A stretch of DNA of 64,000 bases, from contig OZ024753.1 in assembly GCA_964016885.1 (NCBI GenBank), positions 37,572,001 through 37,636,000 of the forward strand, in the 5' to 3' direction. The notes beneath the pieces are model-generated. The model was not told the DNA's origin. It worked only from the letters and a program-made list of their open reading frames with translations, and searched no databases. Of the stretch, positions 16,549 through 30,268 are shown piece after piece (the first letter of the stretch is position 1; each line of letters begins with the position of its first letter). The translations under genes and the position numbers were made by a program. The stretch comes from Eledone cirrhosa (Eukaryota).

Positions 16549-16752
16549 ATAGGAACCAGTAAGACCCCGACGGCTGAGCTCAAGCCGTTTCGACGGCTAA
16601 TTCTGGACATGCGTCCAGAATTAGCCGTCGAAACGGCTTGAGCTCAGCCGTCGGAGTCTTACTGGTTCCTATTACCCACTCTACTACCCCAAGTATTGAG
16701 TACTTTGGTGCGTTATGGTCCACCTGGTTCCTTACCACATTTCCTTCGTTAT
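16549..16752 (+). mobile_element. Family A (TA)n-embedded fold-back element carrying the HHR 3' half (copy 1)
   Basis: ~60-bp inverted repeat around atgc (16609-12); each arm has GAAAC-GGCT-tgagctc-AGCC-GTC; the long arm ends ...ttccttcgtt|(TA)n. Confidence 0.85.
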
Positions 16753-16969
16753 ATATATATATAGATATATATATATTTACATATATATATATGGTCCAGT
16801 AATTCCTGATGAAGGTGCCGTATTAGCATACGGTGGCGTTTCTTGGACATTTTAAGTCTGGCGGAACCCAACCCTCTCCAGACCTGAGTACAGCAGATTT
16901 CGTCCAGAGAAGAATAGAAAGTGAGAGAGAGAGAGGAAATGAAAAAGAGATATAGTGGAAGAATCCACC

Positions 16970-17125
16970 CCAGTACTAGAGTGGTACTTTTTTTATATAC
17001 CTCGAAAGGAAGATGAAAGGCAAAGTTGAACTCGGCGGGATTTGAACTCAGAGTGCAGAGAGCCGAAACAAATACTGCAAAGCATTCTATCCGACATTCT
17101 AACGATTCAGCTAATTCGCCGCCAT
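16970..17125 (-). mobile_element. tRNA-derived SINE copy
   Basis: gatgaaaggcaaagttgaactcggcgggatttgaactcag ... ctaattcgccgcc. Confidence 0.75.
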
Positions 17126-17225
17126 GTTATAGAGTTTCCTAGCTAAATAATATATATTTTAACGCTAAATTATTAAATTATTAATAACAATATACCGTAT
17201 TTATAATAGTTTATAACTTTGCCTC

Positions 17226-17470
17226 TTAGTCCGTATGGTGAGCAAATGGGGTCCCATTGCTGGCCCCCCCACAGCCCCGGCGGACAGGATGAAGAAGGTG
17301 TTTCCCCGGAGGATGGTAAGGGAGATGCGCTGGAAGAGCCATTCCAACCCCAGCTATGATGCTCAGAGCTTTGCAGCGTCCGTCTTGGACGTGCGGTCCA
17401 TTCTCCACCAGGTACAGGTGACCCCCAAAGAGGATGTCCTCATCCTCGGGTCACCGATCCAATCTGTACG
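17226..17470. pseudogene. Rearranged fragments of a CRE-like (RLE-endonuclease) non-LTR retrotransposon
   Basis: Minus strand ~17355-17280 reads LEWLFQRISLTILRGNTFFILSAG (CRE C-terminal QRxSxxxxRGN motif); plus strand ~17355-17465 reads VRSILHQVQVTPKEDVLILGSPI (post-RT LLGxPI motif). Confidence 0.65.
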
Positions 17471-17784
17471 AACAAGGAGTGATTGAAGCAAAATATTTCA
17501 AGCAAGAATTCGAGCCTGGATTGCAGACTGTCTCACCTCACAGTATTCACACACGTCAAGGAACATCACACATAGATTTTTGAGTTGTATGAGCTGAAAG
17601 GTCAACAAATTACCATTGGGATTTCAGTTGAACAGAACCCTTTAGCTATCGCTTCGCTATTAATCAACGAAATAAAAATAAAATCATAAAATAGAATATA
17701 AAAATAAATAGTTTAATACCAACTACTAACATATACATATACTAATACTAATACAGATTGTTGAAGTCACTTAAAAGGTCACTG

Positions 17785-17990
17785 CTTCTTTCTTTCTTTC
17801 TTCTTCTTTGTCTACTTCTTCTTCCTCTTTTTTTGCTTCTTTTTATCTCCTCCTTCTTCGTCTTCTCTTTTCTTCCTCTTCTTTTTTCTTCTTCTTCTTC
17901 TTCTTCTTCTTCTTCTTCTTCTTCTTCTTCTTCTTCTTCTTCTTCTTCTTCTTCTTCTTCGTAGTCGTCGTCGTCGTCGTCGTCGTCATC
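17785..17990. repeat. (CTT)n then (GTC)n microsatellite; (GTA)n follows at 18175-18262
   Basis: Directly visible. Confidence 0.95.
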
Positions 17991-18180
17991 ATGCTAACGG
18001 AACCCGAGGGAAATAAAAGGCGGGGCAATACCCCTCCTCAGAAATGTGTCTATCGATTAGGTAACTATTTGGTTAGCAAATATTTTAAAATAAAGAAAGT
18101 TCGTATAACAGAAAAAAATATAAATTTTTATTTCGTTCTCTATAGTGGTTAATTTACCCCTTAATTAAATATAGTAATAA

Positions 18181-18219
<39 letters not shown>

Positions 18220-18220
18220 C

Positions 18221-18263
<43 letters not shown>

Positions 18264-19137
18264 CACACACATTCACACGTCTCTCCACACACATTTACAT
18301 ATCTCACACACGCACACTCACACACATATAATCACACGTCTCTCTCTCACACACACACATTTACATGTCTCACATACACACACATTTACACGTCTCCGCA
18401 CACACACACTCACATACACACACATGTTTACACGTTTCACACACACATGTTCACAGACTGACAACGGCAGATGTTTGCCATTATGTTTTAGTTTGACTGT
18501 TAGTTGGTCTCTCTCTCTGTACTCAAGTACCCATCCATCATTCGCACACACATGTACACCCACATACACATACACTCACATATACTTCACTCACACACAC
18601 TCACTCACTCTTCACACTCACACACACACATATGCTCACACTCACACACATTTCAGTCACACACACACACACGCTCACACTCACGCACATTTCAGTCACA
18701 CACACACACACTCACACACACATATACGCTCACACTCACACACATTTCAGTCATACACACACACACTCACTCTTCACACTCGCACACACTAACATACACT
18801 ACTCATTTACTCATACACTTAATCAATTATAAAACATGCACACACAGACACTACATTCACTCAGTAGCTATAATACACACACACTCACACACACACACAC
18901 ACACATACACATACACTCACATAAAGCTCCTTCCTCCGAGACCCAATGTACCACCGGGAATTGAACTCATGCTGTTACGATGGTGAGCCAACCACCCGAA
19001 CCACAAAGCCACGTACCTTCATTTCAACTGTATATATTTCCAAACAGAACGAGAGAAAGAGACAGACAGACAGACAGAGATAAGCTGACAGATAGATAGA
19101 CAGAAACAGAGCAAGACAGAGAGCGAGAGAAAGGGAA

Positions 19138-19211
<74 letters not shown>

Positions 19212-20269
19212 TGTGTGTGTGTGTGTGGTAGAGATAGAGAGAAGGGAGACAAAAGAAAAAACTAAATATAAAAGCTCATAACCTGTAAAGTGGTTTCCAC
19301 GAAACACAATAGGTTTTCGTAAGGCTTCCATTTTGCAGACGATCATGCGCGTGACAGTACATTTTAATAACTGACAGTTTCGTAAAGAAAAATATAGAAG
19401 GAAAAATGTGAATGAAATCACAAAAGCACACACACAAACACATGAGCATATAAGTGTGTATACATACATAGATAAAGACAGAAATGTATAGATCGATATA
19501 TATATATATATACTTATATATATATATGTGTGTATTTGTATGTGTGCATACATACATTAATATATCAAACAGTTACAGTGGAAGCCGCCTATTATGAGCT
19601 CGGATGATATTATCAAACGCCTATTGTTATCAAATGAGTGGATCCCAAACACTTTATTCGGTGTTATCCTAAAGCAAGTACAATAAACAGCTTTCTACAA
19701 TATGTATATATATAGAGAGAGAGAAATCTAAAGTACCCAAAAGATTAAGACATGTAACCTAACTCCCTCAACCAATTTAATTTAACAAAAAAATAACTAA
19801 CGACATAGCCACCATGTTAACATATGGATTAGTGATGCTCGGCTTGAAAAGCATAACTTGAAAGATAAAGCTTTGCGCTCTTCTCTATTACTAAATTGAA
19901 AACGGGAAAAGCACACAGGACAGAACATGAAACAAAAGACATGATAGACATGTTAAAAATTATAGTTTGACAAGAGAAAAACCCAACGGGAGTATTGTTA
20001 CTGAAAGAAAGGGATTTTGTTATAGTTAATGATTTGTGTAAATGCATGTGTATGTCTTTCAAATACACATGTGTGTGTGTGTATGTGTGTCTGTGTGTAT
20101 GTTTATTTGTGTGTGTACATACGTGCTTTTCCCCAATAAACTTTATTTCGTTTTTTTCATCCTTTTACTCTCGTCTATCTTTCTATTTCTTCATCTATCT
20201 CTCATTCTATCTTTGATAAAAGGCTAACGTCCGAAATATTAAGATCTTTTCCTTAGTATATGAAGCGTT

Positions 20270-20390
<121 letters not shown>

Positions 20391-21033
20391 ATATTACGAA
20401 GTAAATAAAAGAACTATTATTCTATACATTCTGTTATTCTAGTTGGACATGGTGTTTTGTCCATTGTCTTCCTAACTGAAGGAACTATTATTCTACAATA
20501 TTATTCTATTAATCTATTATTCTAGTTGGACACGGTGTTTTGTCTAGTCGACTTGAAGCCAGTCCGATAGAAGACATACAATACAGACAGACACACGGAT
20601 GTCAGAGTCAAGAAACAGTGGGGCGTCTCTGCAAGTGTCAGATAATATAATGATTGTTATAACGGCTGTAGTCGATGGTGGTGGTGGTGGTAGTGGTGTT
20701 GGTGTTGGTGTTGGTGGTCGTTGGTTGCCGTAGTGATGGTTGTCATGGAAGTCGTGGTGGTGGTTGTCGTGGTTGTCGTGGAAGTAGTGGCGGTGGCTGG
20801 GATGTTAGAAAGGGTTGTAAGAGAGGTGTTGGAATATGATGGCAGTGGATGTAGTGGTAGAAGCCATGGTGGTGGTGGTGGTGGTGGTGGTGGTAGTGAT
20901 AGTGCTAGTAGTGAGGGAATCCCTGTCTTTGAATTTATACAACATATTTGACATTAAGACGAGGCCCCGGCGCAAAGAAAACCCAAACTACATCCATAAT
21001 GGCTTTTTTATATTTTCGGCCCTTTCAAGAGTT

Positions 21034-21620
21034 ATTTTAACAACCTTCCCAAATCGCTACCCCGACACAGCAGAGCCTTCTATCCACCATTTTAATAATT
21101 CTGATAAATTGATGTCTCAACACTTCAGAGCGTTCTATCCGCCATTTTAACAACCCTCCCAAATCGTTGTCTCAACACTTCAGAGCGTTCTATCCGCCAT
21201 TTTAACAACTCCGCCAAATCGCTGTCTCAATACTTCAGAGCGTTCTATCCGCCATTTTAACAACCCTACCAAATCGCTGTCCCAACACTTCAGAGCGTTC
21301 TATCCGCCATTTTAACAACCCTACCAAATCGCTGTCCCAACACTTCAGAGCGTTCTATCCGCCATTTTAACAACCCTACCAAATCGCTGTCCCAACACTT
21401 CAGAGCGTTCTATCCGCCATTTTAACAACCCTACCAAATCGCTGTCCCAACACTTCAGAGCGTCCTATCCGCCATTTTAACAACCCTACCAAATCGCTGT
21501 CCCAACACTTCAGAGCGTTCTATCCGCCACTTTAACGACCCTACCAAATCGCTGTCCCAACACTTCACAGCGTTCTATCCGCCACTTTAACAACCCTACC
21601 AAATCGCTGTCCCAATACTT
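21034..21620. repeat. 55-bp minisatellite, ~9 clean copies plus degenerate leading copies
   Basis: cacttcagagcgttctatccgccattttaacaaccctaccaaatcgctgtcccaa recurs at 21121, 21176, 21231 ... 21561. Confidence 0.95.
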
Positions 21621-22087
21621 TAGTTTACTTTAACATAATTACTTTCAAATGTCAAAATAAAACAATCCCCTAAACCCAAACAGTATCTACTACGGGAGTA
21701 GATTATTTAGCGCCTTTGCTAATCAAATCCAGAAGGGTGATCATTGATACATTTGAAATTAAATTGATTGCAGTATAAGTAGACGTAAATGACTTGGTTT
21801 TGCATATCACAACAGTGATATATCGTCTCATAAATCAGTAGACATGCTTCGTACCCCACCGCTCGTTGCAATCAACAAGTTTAAAAACTACGTGGCTAAG
21901 TGTTCGGTAGGAGAGCGAGGGAACAAAAAATTGTAATACAAGACATTGATTATTTTTACTTTTATTTGCATGTCTACATTCAATATTCACACATACACAC
22001 AGAAACATATATATGGAGGTGGAGGTAAGGAGTATATATAGTTAATAAAGGAAACAAAACAAACACAGGGATGCAAAAATATACAGT

Positions 22088-22111
<24 letters not shown>

Positions 22112-22118
<7 letters not shown>

Positions 22119-22149
22119 AAAGGCTTCTACAGGACTAGAACTGTTTCAT
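22112..22149 (-). repeat. Short fragment of the 26741-26915 HHR family (GAAAC-AG-ttctagtc-CT-GTA-gaagcc)
   Basis: Matches the arms at 26741-26832. Confidence 0.7.
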
Positions 22150-22277
22150 ATACATACTCTCTCTACATACATGCACACTTACAACCATACATACGTACAT
22201 ATATGTGTGCGCGTATATTCAAGTATCCATCCAGTTTAGAACTTGAGTAAAAAGATAGATTTTTAAATCATAAATGC

Positions 22278-22371
<94 letters not shown>

Positions 22372-22398
22372 CATACATATATATACTTACATATATAT

Positions 22399-22579
<181 letters not shown>

Positions 22580-22604
22580 CATATATATATATATATATAT
22601 CACC

Positions 22605-22874
<270 letters not shown>

Positions 22875-23202
22875 AAAAAATATATAGGTCCAACACATCT
22901 GTACCCCCTGCACATTTTCGAGCATGTGACAGGAAATTATACTGAAAATAATATATATTAGTGGACCCAATTGAAAAAAAAAGAAACATATCTCCTTTCG
23001 TGATAAACGAATAGGGTGCAGACATAATGGATACTTATAGTCACAATGCTTTGTGATTTAGAAAAAGTAAATGTATTTTGAGATAGTGCAGTACGACTAC
23101 TTTGATTATCATGCATTTTTTTGAAGGACATTTTGAAATACTCTTTATAGATCCGTGTTTTTTGTTGATTTTTAAGGGGGCGGTAGCGAGTGTATTTGAG
23201 GT

Positions 23203-24030
23203 TTTCAGACGATAGGACCAATTTGTATATTTTCATAAGTGTTTCTGGTTGATGTTATTGCTATTGCAGTTGCTGTTTTTGTTATTGCTGTTGTACTTGC
23301 TGTTGTTGTTATTGCTGTTGTTGTTGCTGTTGTTGTTATTGCTTTTGTACTTGCTGTTGTTGTTATTGCTGCTGTTGTTGTTGCTGATGTTATTGCTGTT
23401 GTTATTGCTGTTGTTATTGCTGGGAGGGGAGAGGTCTTCAGACGATTGGACCAATTTGTATATTTTCATAAGTGTTTCTGGTTGATGTTATTGCTATTGC
23501 AGTTGCTGTCGTTGTTATTGCTGTTGCACTTGCTGTTGTTGTTATTTCTGTTGTAGTTGCTGTTGTTGTTATTGTTGTTGTAGTTATTGCTGTTGTTGTT
23601 GTTGTTATTGCTGTTGTACTTGCTGTTGTTGTTATTGCTGTTGTTGTTGCTGTTGTTGTTATTGTTGTTGTAGTTGCTGTTGTTGTTATTGTTGTTGTAG
23701 TTATTGCTGTTGTTGTTGTTATTGCTGTTGTTATTGCTGTTGTAGTTGCTGTTGTTGTTATTGCTGTTGTTATTGCTGTTGTTGTTGCTGTTGTTGTTGT
23801 CGCTGTATTACGTGGTGGGCAGGGTTCAGACGATTGTGTTAATTTGTATATTTTCATAAGTGTTTCTCGTTGCTGTTGCTGTTATATTTGTTGTTGTTGC
23901 TGCTGATGTTGTTGCTACTGATGTTGTTGATGTCGTTGTTGTTATTATTGTCATCCCCAGCATCGTCGTTGTCGTTGTCGTTGTCGTTGTTATTGTTGTT
24001 GTTGTCACTGTTGTTGATGTTGTTATTGAG
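23203..24030. repeat. Composite tandem repeat: ~48-bp unique block x3 separated by (TTG/TTA/CTG)n tracts
   Basis: ttcagacgat(a/t)ggaccaatttgtatattttcataagtgtttct at ~23203, ~23436 and ~23825 (third copy slightly diverged). Confidence 0.85.
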
Positions 24031-25102
24031 ATCCCGTTCCAATTACACACAACTGGAGCAACACACTGCACGTGAGCGAATCGTAAATGTTACAATGACT
24101 ATTACAGCATTCAACGGAGGGTTGTATTCTACTTAATAAAGGCGTTTATGAACTCGTGGAGGTCCGTAGCCTAGTGGCAAGTGTGTTGAACTTACGATCA
24201 CAATGTCGTGGGTTTGATTCCTGGATAGGTTTGTATTCTGTGTTCTGTAATTGCTTTAGTTTCAACACACGGTCTCAGATCAAGCCACCTGGCTAACATA
24301 ACTCTTCCACGCAGTAATTGTTTTAGTTTCAACACATAATCCCAGATCAAATCCCTTGTCAGGCAAGTACAACTGTGGCTTCGACATTGTAATTGCTTTA
24401 GTTTCAACACACAATTCTCAGATCAAGCCATTAGCTAAACGAGTACAACTCCAAGACTTCCATTAACTCAGCTATTGCCTGTTGATTGATATATTTCTCT
24501 CTTGTGTAATGACGATTTCCTCTGAATCAGTAAATTGCTATGAAAGGTTACAGATGTACAGAAATCTGTCCAGAAAATTGTTTGTTTAGCCCTTCAGTGT
24601 CACCTTCTAGAAGAATTCTGGATTTTTCTATGAACAATTATTTTGTGTCGATTACATAATGTTATGTTTATTCTAATATTTATAACCTCAAAAAAGTAAT
24701 TAAATGGTCGGTTTACATTTTTGCTTCGTACTTTAATTTTATAATTAGATTCTTTACAATAAACGTAAATTACATTTTCTCGCGTATTTATTAGCATTTT
24801 CTTTAATCCGGTTCTATTAGATTACATTTAATTTTATACGGTCTTTAAATATTAAAAGGTTTTCCCCTGGTTTAGCCAATTTTTTCGTACAGCACGAAAT
24901 TATATTCGTCGTTCTGGGTCGTTTTCAACATTGCACTTGAACTTATGTTAGTTTAATATAAGGATTATTATACGGGTTTCAGTTTTGAAATAAAAATAAA
25001 ACAAACGTATGTTTAAAAAAAAGTATTCGGTATTTTCTCGTGAGAAGTAATGACGTTAATAAGTTAAACGTGTGAAGCGTGAAGCCGCCCTTTTTCACGT
25101 GT

Positions 25103-25135
<33 letters not shown>

Positions 25136-25217
25136 GCAATCTCACTTCAGTCGATGTCACGCAGCCAGCTTGTGAGATGCTATATTACTTACTCATCACA
25201 TTTCCATTTTGCTTCAC

Positions 25218-25429
25218 ACTGCCGACAAAGATCAGGAGCTTCTGGACACCGTGATAACTGGAGATGGGTCGTGGGTATATGAGTACGACCCAAAAACTAT
25301 ATCATCACAATGGAAGCATCCAACATTTCCAAGGCCTCAAAATTCACGTCAAGTTTCGAAGTAAAATCGAGATGATGCTAACTGTTTGTTTCAACTACCG
25401 AGGTGTTGTGCATCACGAATGCACACCAG
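25218..25429 (+). pseudogene. Mariner (DD34D) transposase fragment, frameshifted
   Basis: DQELLDTVITGDGSWVYEYDPKTISSQWKHPTFPRPQNSRQV / RSKIEMMLTVCFNYRGVVHHECTP matches the mariner ITGDETWVYxYDPETK..QW..PRP..KVMLTVFFD..GVVH motifs. Confidence 0.9.
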
Positions 25430-25736
25430 TGTATGTGTATATCTACTTTTGTGATTGTGTCTTCGTTTTTGTTCCATAACTGGGCGGTTTCACAAAAATG
25501 ATATCACTTAAATAAGTACTGAGATTGATATATTCGACAGAAAATAGCGATGTTCTAACATGACCGAGGTTTAATAGCTGAAGCTAGTGAAAGAATATAT
25601 AACTAAAAGAATATATTGTTCACAGATTATACATTTTTAATATATATATATATATATTATATATTATATGTGTGTATATATATATATATGTATGCAGTAA
25701 GAGATTTTCTGCACATCAGTGAAAAATAAACTTCTG

Positions 25737-25790
<54 letters not shown>

Positions 25791-26289
25791 TATGCATAAA
25801 CTGGCATCGCTATTATATAAACACTTTATACTATGTTTGGAAACCAGTAGTTTTGATGCTTATATAATATATATCAAATTAAAGACTAAAGACTAAACAT
25901 AATACCAGTCAGATGGGATTTAAGTAAGATGAACATATGTTACTTTAATATTTATATGATAAAATTAAGTGTAGTGGCTTGGCAGAATCGTTAGTGATAC
26001 GTTCTGGTTTCAAATTCCACCGAAGTTATCTTTGCCTTGTATACTTACGAGGTCGGTAAATTAAACTACCAGTTAAGTATTGGGGTTGATATGATTGAAT
26101 CCCCACCCCACCTAGTTTTAAAGGGTGGTGGATTGATAGAAACGTTGAAACCTTAGAGAAAATACTTAGAAGTATTTTTCTCGGCAATTTATGTTCTGAG
26201 CTCAAATTCAGGAATATTTTACCCGATTTTCTCAACAATTATTTATAGTGATTATCTATTGTTATAGTCATTTACGTTGGAATGACTAC

Positions 26290-26341
<52 letters not shown>

Positions 26342-26350
26342 TGTACTCTT

Positions 26351-26437
26351 TATTATGGCTAAACGATGAGTCCTGTTACTTTGGAGTTTCACCTGTGTGT
26401 ACTCACAGGATCATCAGATAAGACTCTTGCCATAATA
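26351..26437 (-). ncRNA. Type-I hammerhead ribozyme with extended stem I
   Basis: Minus strand: tattatggc-aa-gagtcttat CTGATGA t-cctgtg-agtaca-cacagg-t GAAAC tccaaa GTA acaggactc-atcgttta-gccataata; related 3'-half fragment at ~37898-37950. Confidence 0.75.
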
Positions 26438-26483
26438 ATGAGAACTCTTCCTCAAGTCAGTCAATATCATACGTGTGTGTGTA

Positions 26484-26520
<37 letters not shown>

Positions 26521-26523
<3 letters not shown>

Positions 26524-26711
26524 CGAAGGAAATGTGGTAAGGAACCAGGTGGACCATAACGCACCAAAGTACTCAAAACTTAGGGTAGTAGAGTGGGTAA
26601 TAGGAACAAGCAGGACCCCGACGGCTGAGCTCAAGCCGTTTCGACGGCTAATTCCAGTCCAGAATTAGCCGTCGAAACGGCTTGAGCTCAGCCGTCGGGG
26701 TCCTACTGGTT

Positions 26712-26716
<5 letters not shown>
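26521..26716 (-). mobile_element. Family A fold-back element (copy 2)
   Basis: Same sequence as 16549-16752 in opposite orientation; (TA)n on both sides. Confidence 0.85.
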
Positions 26717-26740
<24 letters not shown>

Positions 26741-26748
<8 letters not shown>

Positions 26749-26910
26749 GGCTTCCACAGGACTAGAACTGTTTCATTCGGGAGAAATCATCAGGAATGAA
26801 ACAGTTCTAGTCCTTTAGAAGCCATTTCTATATTAAATATTTATACTCTGCTTTGTATTCAGTACCTTACTTACGGTGGTTACCTCCGATTGAACCCGGG
26901 ATAAACTTAT

Positions 26911-26915
<5 letters not shown>
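26741..26915. mobile_element. (TA)n-flanked fold-back element with an HHR on the minus arm (26752-26796)
   Basis: Minus strand ttc CTGATGA t-ttc-tccc-gaa-t GAAAC AG ttctagtc CT GTG gaa; inverted arms 26741-26777 and 26794-26832; the triplet is GTG here but GTA in the 22112 copy. Confidence 0.7.
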
Positions 26916-26970
<55 letters not shown>

Positions 26971-26975
<5 letters not shown>

Positions 26976-27168
26976 AACCAGTAAGACCCCGACGGCTGAG
27001 CTCAAGCCGTTTCGACGGCTAATTCAGAGTACAGAATTAGCCGTCGAAACGGCTTGAGCTCAGCCGTCGGGGTCTTACTGGTTCCTATTACCCACTCTAC
27101 TACCCTAAGTATTGAGTACTTTGGTGCGTTATGGTTCACCTGGTTCCTTACCACATTTCCTTCGTTAT
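26971..27168 (+). mobile_element. Family A fold-back element (copy 3)
   Basis: Same sequence and architecture as copy 1. Confidence 0.85.
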
Positions 27169-27182
27169 ATATATATATATAT

Positions 27183-27449
27183 CTAAGGCGGGTAAAATTC
27201 CCGAGATCCATGGACGAGTTCTCTCCAGCGGTCTCTGTCCCTCATTATCGCTGCCATATCCTGCATCTCCAACAGACCAGTGTCTGTCCTTAGGGCATCA
27301 ACATATGTTAACCTTGGTCTTCCTCTTCTAGTGTGTCCATGTAGGGGCTCCCAAAGGAACACTGAGTGCAATGTCAACTCTGGATGTCGGTGAGCATGTC
27401 CAGCCAACCTCAGTCTCCTCTGTGTCACTTTTGAGCTGACTTTTGGGAT
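27183..27449 (-). pseudogene. RTE-like LINE 3' end (ORF2 C-terminus); stop codon directly abuts (TA)n
   Basis: IPKVSSKVTQRRLRLAGHAHRHPELTLHSVFLWEPLHGHTRRGRPRLTYVDALRTDTG...MRDRDRWRELV; near-identical copy at 62721-63021. Confidence 0.85.
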
Positions 27450-28415
27450 ATATATACACACACGTGAAAATGAAAATGTTGAGTCTTTTACAGCGGAAGT
27501 GCTTGGTTGAGGAAAAGTTGGTAGGAGTATTCGGCAAAGTTGATAGAGATCTTCATGGGAAGTAACTACACAGTGTGGCGTAAGGTGAGAGACAGGCGGG
27601 AGTGGTTGAATCTGTGGCATATGTAGAGGTGCTCTCCTTGGCTTTTTGTTAGGATCGTAAAGCGGTTAGTAAAATCCTCCAAGTTGATAATGATGTGACA
27701 CTTCTCCGGAAATTGTAGACAGTGTGTTCTTCAACTATACAGCTCCGGCACTGCTGTGGCACAGCTGGGGCACAGCTGAGGAGCTACGGGTAAACCACTT
27801 GGAGGTTTTAGAGTTAAGGTCTTTGGTTGCTAAAGAATGTAAAGAGACGTGCTTCGGATGATAAATTTGTTCACTCGTTTAACTCCTTCACATAGGTGGG
27901 GCGGCGCTGGGTTGCGGAGGGGCGGGGCGGCGCTGGGCTGCGGATGGGTGAAGGTGAAGGGGCTGAAAAAGATTTTCTGCTAGGCACAGTCTACGTAAAA
28001 CAGTTAACCGACTTTTAATACCAGAGAGTCTTCAGGGAATGGGGGCAAGAGGTTGTGAGGTGTGATGCGAAAACTATCAGTAAAGTCAGATAAATCAGTA
28101 TTGCTGTGTGTATGTGTGTTTATATAAATATATATATACTGTATATATATATATATATACATACATACATAATATATATAAATATATTATAAATATACAT
28201 AATATATATATATAGATAATTTAATATATCAACTAACATAAGCGCACAAATGCACGCCCATGCCAGCAAATACACAGGTTATGTCATAGTACCTAGGTGG
28301 TTCAATGCAGGAGAATGCAGAACAATAATATAAAGGACGTAAAATAAGAAAATATTTTTTCAAAAAAAATTAAAAAAAAAATTTTTTTTTTTTTTTTTTT
28401 CTTACTTAAATTTTC

Positions 28416-28497
28416 ACTCCAACTAATTAGTTTCTGCAATGGGATAAAGACAGTTACGTAATCCAACTGTCGAGAATTCATTGCGTCATCAGGAAGT
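28416..28497 (-). ncRNA. Type-I hammerhead ribozyme, tandem unit 1
   Basis: Minus strand acttc CTGATGA c-gcaatg..gacagtt-ggattacgt-aactgtc..cattgc-a GAAAC TAATTA GTT ggagt; stem III is the palindrome ACTAATTAGT. Confidence 0.85.
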
Positions 28498-28978
28498 CTA
28501 TTCTCAGTTAAGTCTCCAGGCAATGCGCGGACACTGGCGGCTCATATAAAAATAATAATAATTCGGTAGATCGAACAGCTTGCGAGGACTGAATTCTATG
28601 TACCGAAATTCTCACTGCTTCAAGTCAAATGGCCGATTCTAAAGAATCAATCACGTGACACAGAGGCTAGTTAGAAGGAATGGGATGGTAAGATGACTGA
28701 CGCCTACTAACACCCCAAAAAAAATTTTTTTAGAAGTGGTTTTGACAAGTTTGCTCGACAAATCAGTGATTTGGAGATAAATATAGATAATTTAATATAT
28801 CAACTAACATAAGCGCACAAATGCACGCCCATGCCAGCAAATACACAGGTTATGTCATAGTACCTAGGTGGTTCAATGCAGGAGAATGCAGAACAATAAT
28901 ATAAAGGACGTAAAATAAGAAAATATTTTTTCAAAAAAAATTAAAAAAAAATTTTTTTTTTTTCTTACTTAAATTTTC

Positions 28979-29060
28979 ACTCCAACTAATTAGTTTCTGC
29001 AATGGGATAAAGACAGTTACGTAATCCAACTGTCGAGAATTCATTGCGTCATCAGGAAGT
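28979..29060 (-). ncRNA. Type-I hammerhead ribozyme, tandem unit 2
   Basis: Same as the unit 1 HHR, 563 bp away. Confidence 0.85.
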
Positions 29061-29550
29061 CTATTCTCAGTTAAGTCTCCAGGCAATGCGCGGACACTGG
29101 CGGCTCATATAAAAATAATAATAATTCGGTAGATCGAACAGCTTGCGAGGACTGAATTCTATGTACCGAAATTCTCACTGCTTCAAGTCAAATGGCCGAT
29201 TCTAAAGAATCAATCACGTGACACAGAGGCTAGTTAGAAGGAATGGGATGGTAAGATGACTGACGCCTACTAACACCCCAAAAAAAATTTTTTTAGAAGT
29301 GGTTTTGACAAGTTTGCTCGACAAATCAGTGATTTGGAGATAAATATAGATAATTTAATATATCAACTAACATAAGCGCACAAATGCACGCCCATGCCAG
29401 CAAATACACAGGTTATGTCATAGTACCTAGGTGGTTCAATGCAGGAGAATGCAGAACAATAATATAAAGGACGTAAAATAAGAAAATATTTTTTCAAAAA
29501 AAATTAAAAAAAAATAAAAAAAAATTTTTTTTTTTCTTACTTAAATTTTC

Positions 29551-29632
29551 ACTCCAACTAATTAGTTTCTGCAATGGGATAAAGACAGTTACGTAATCCA
29601 ACTGTCGAGAATTCATTGCGTCATCAGGAAGT
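29551..29632 (-). ncRNA. Type-I hammerhead ribozyme, tandem unit 3
   Basis: Same as the unit 1 HHR, 572 bp from unit 2. Confidence 0.85.
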
Positions 29633-30113
29633 CTATTCTCAGTTAAGTCTCCAGGCAATGCGCGGACACTGGCGGCTCATATAAAAATAATAATAATTCG
29701 GTAGATCGAACAGCTTGCGAGGACTGAATTCTATGTACCGAAATTCTCACTGCTTCAAGTCAAATGGCCGATTCTAAAGAATCAATCACGTGACACAGAG
29801 GCTAGTTAGAAGGAATGGGATGGTAAGATGACTGACGCCTACTAACACCCCAAAAAAAAATTTTTTTAGAAGTGGTTTTGACAAGTTTGCTCGACAAATC
29901 AGTGATTTGGAGATAAATATAGATAATTTAATATATCAACTAACATAAGCGCACAAATGCACGCCCATGCCAGCAAATACACAGGTTATGTCATAGTACC
30001 TAGGTGGTTCAATGCAGGAGAATGCAGAACAATAATATAAAGGACGTAAAATAAGAAAATATTTTTTCAAAAAAAATTAAAAAAAAAAAATTTTTTTTTC
30101 TTACTTAGAATAG

Positions 30114-30195
30114 ACTTCCTGATGACGCAATGAATTCTCGACAGTTGGATTACGTAACTGTCTTTATCCAATTGCAGAAACTAATTAGTTGGAGT
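30114..30195 (+). ncRNA. Type-I hammerhead ribozyme in the inverted arm
   Basis: acttc CTGATGA(30119-25)...GAAAC(30177-81) TAATTA GTT(30188-90) ggagt; one C>A change in stem II. Confidence 0.85.
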
Positions 30196-30268
30196 GAAAA
30201 TTTAAGTAAGAAAAAAAAAAATTTTTTTTTAATTTTTTTTGAAAAAATATTTTCTTATTTTACGTCCT

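Noticed and set aside
16800-16880. CTGATGA followed by a hairpin
   Set aside because: No correctly placed GAAA, stem III or cleavage triplet
24600-24797. NVIYVYC as a possible GIY-YIG start
   Set aside because: No YIG or catalytic R/E/N motifs in frame
27183-27620. 145-aa ORF as a single gene
   Set aside because: Chimeric: only 27183-27449 is LINE-derived, and the N-terminus reads through a TA/CA junction from unrelated DNA
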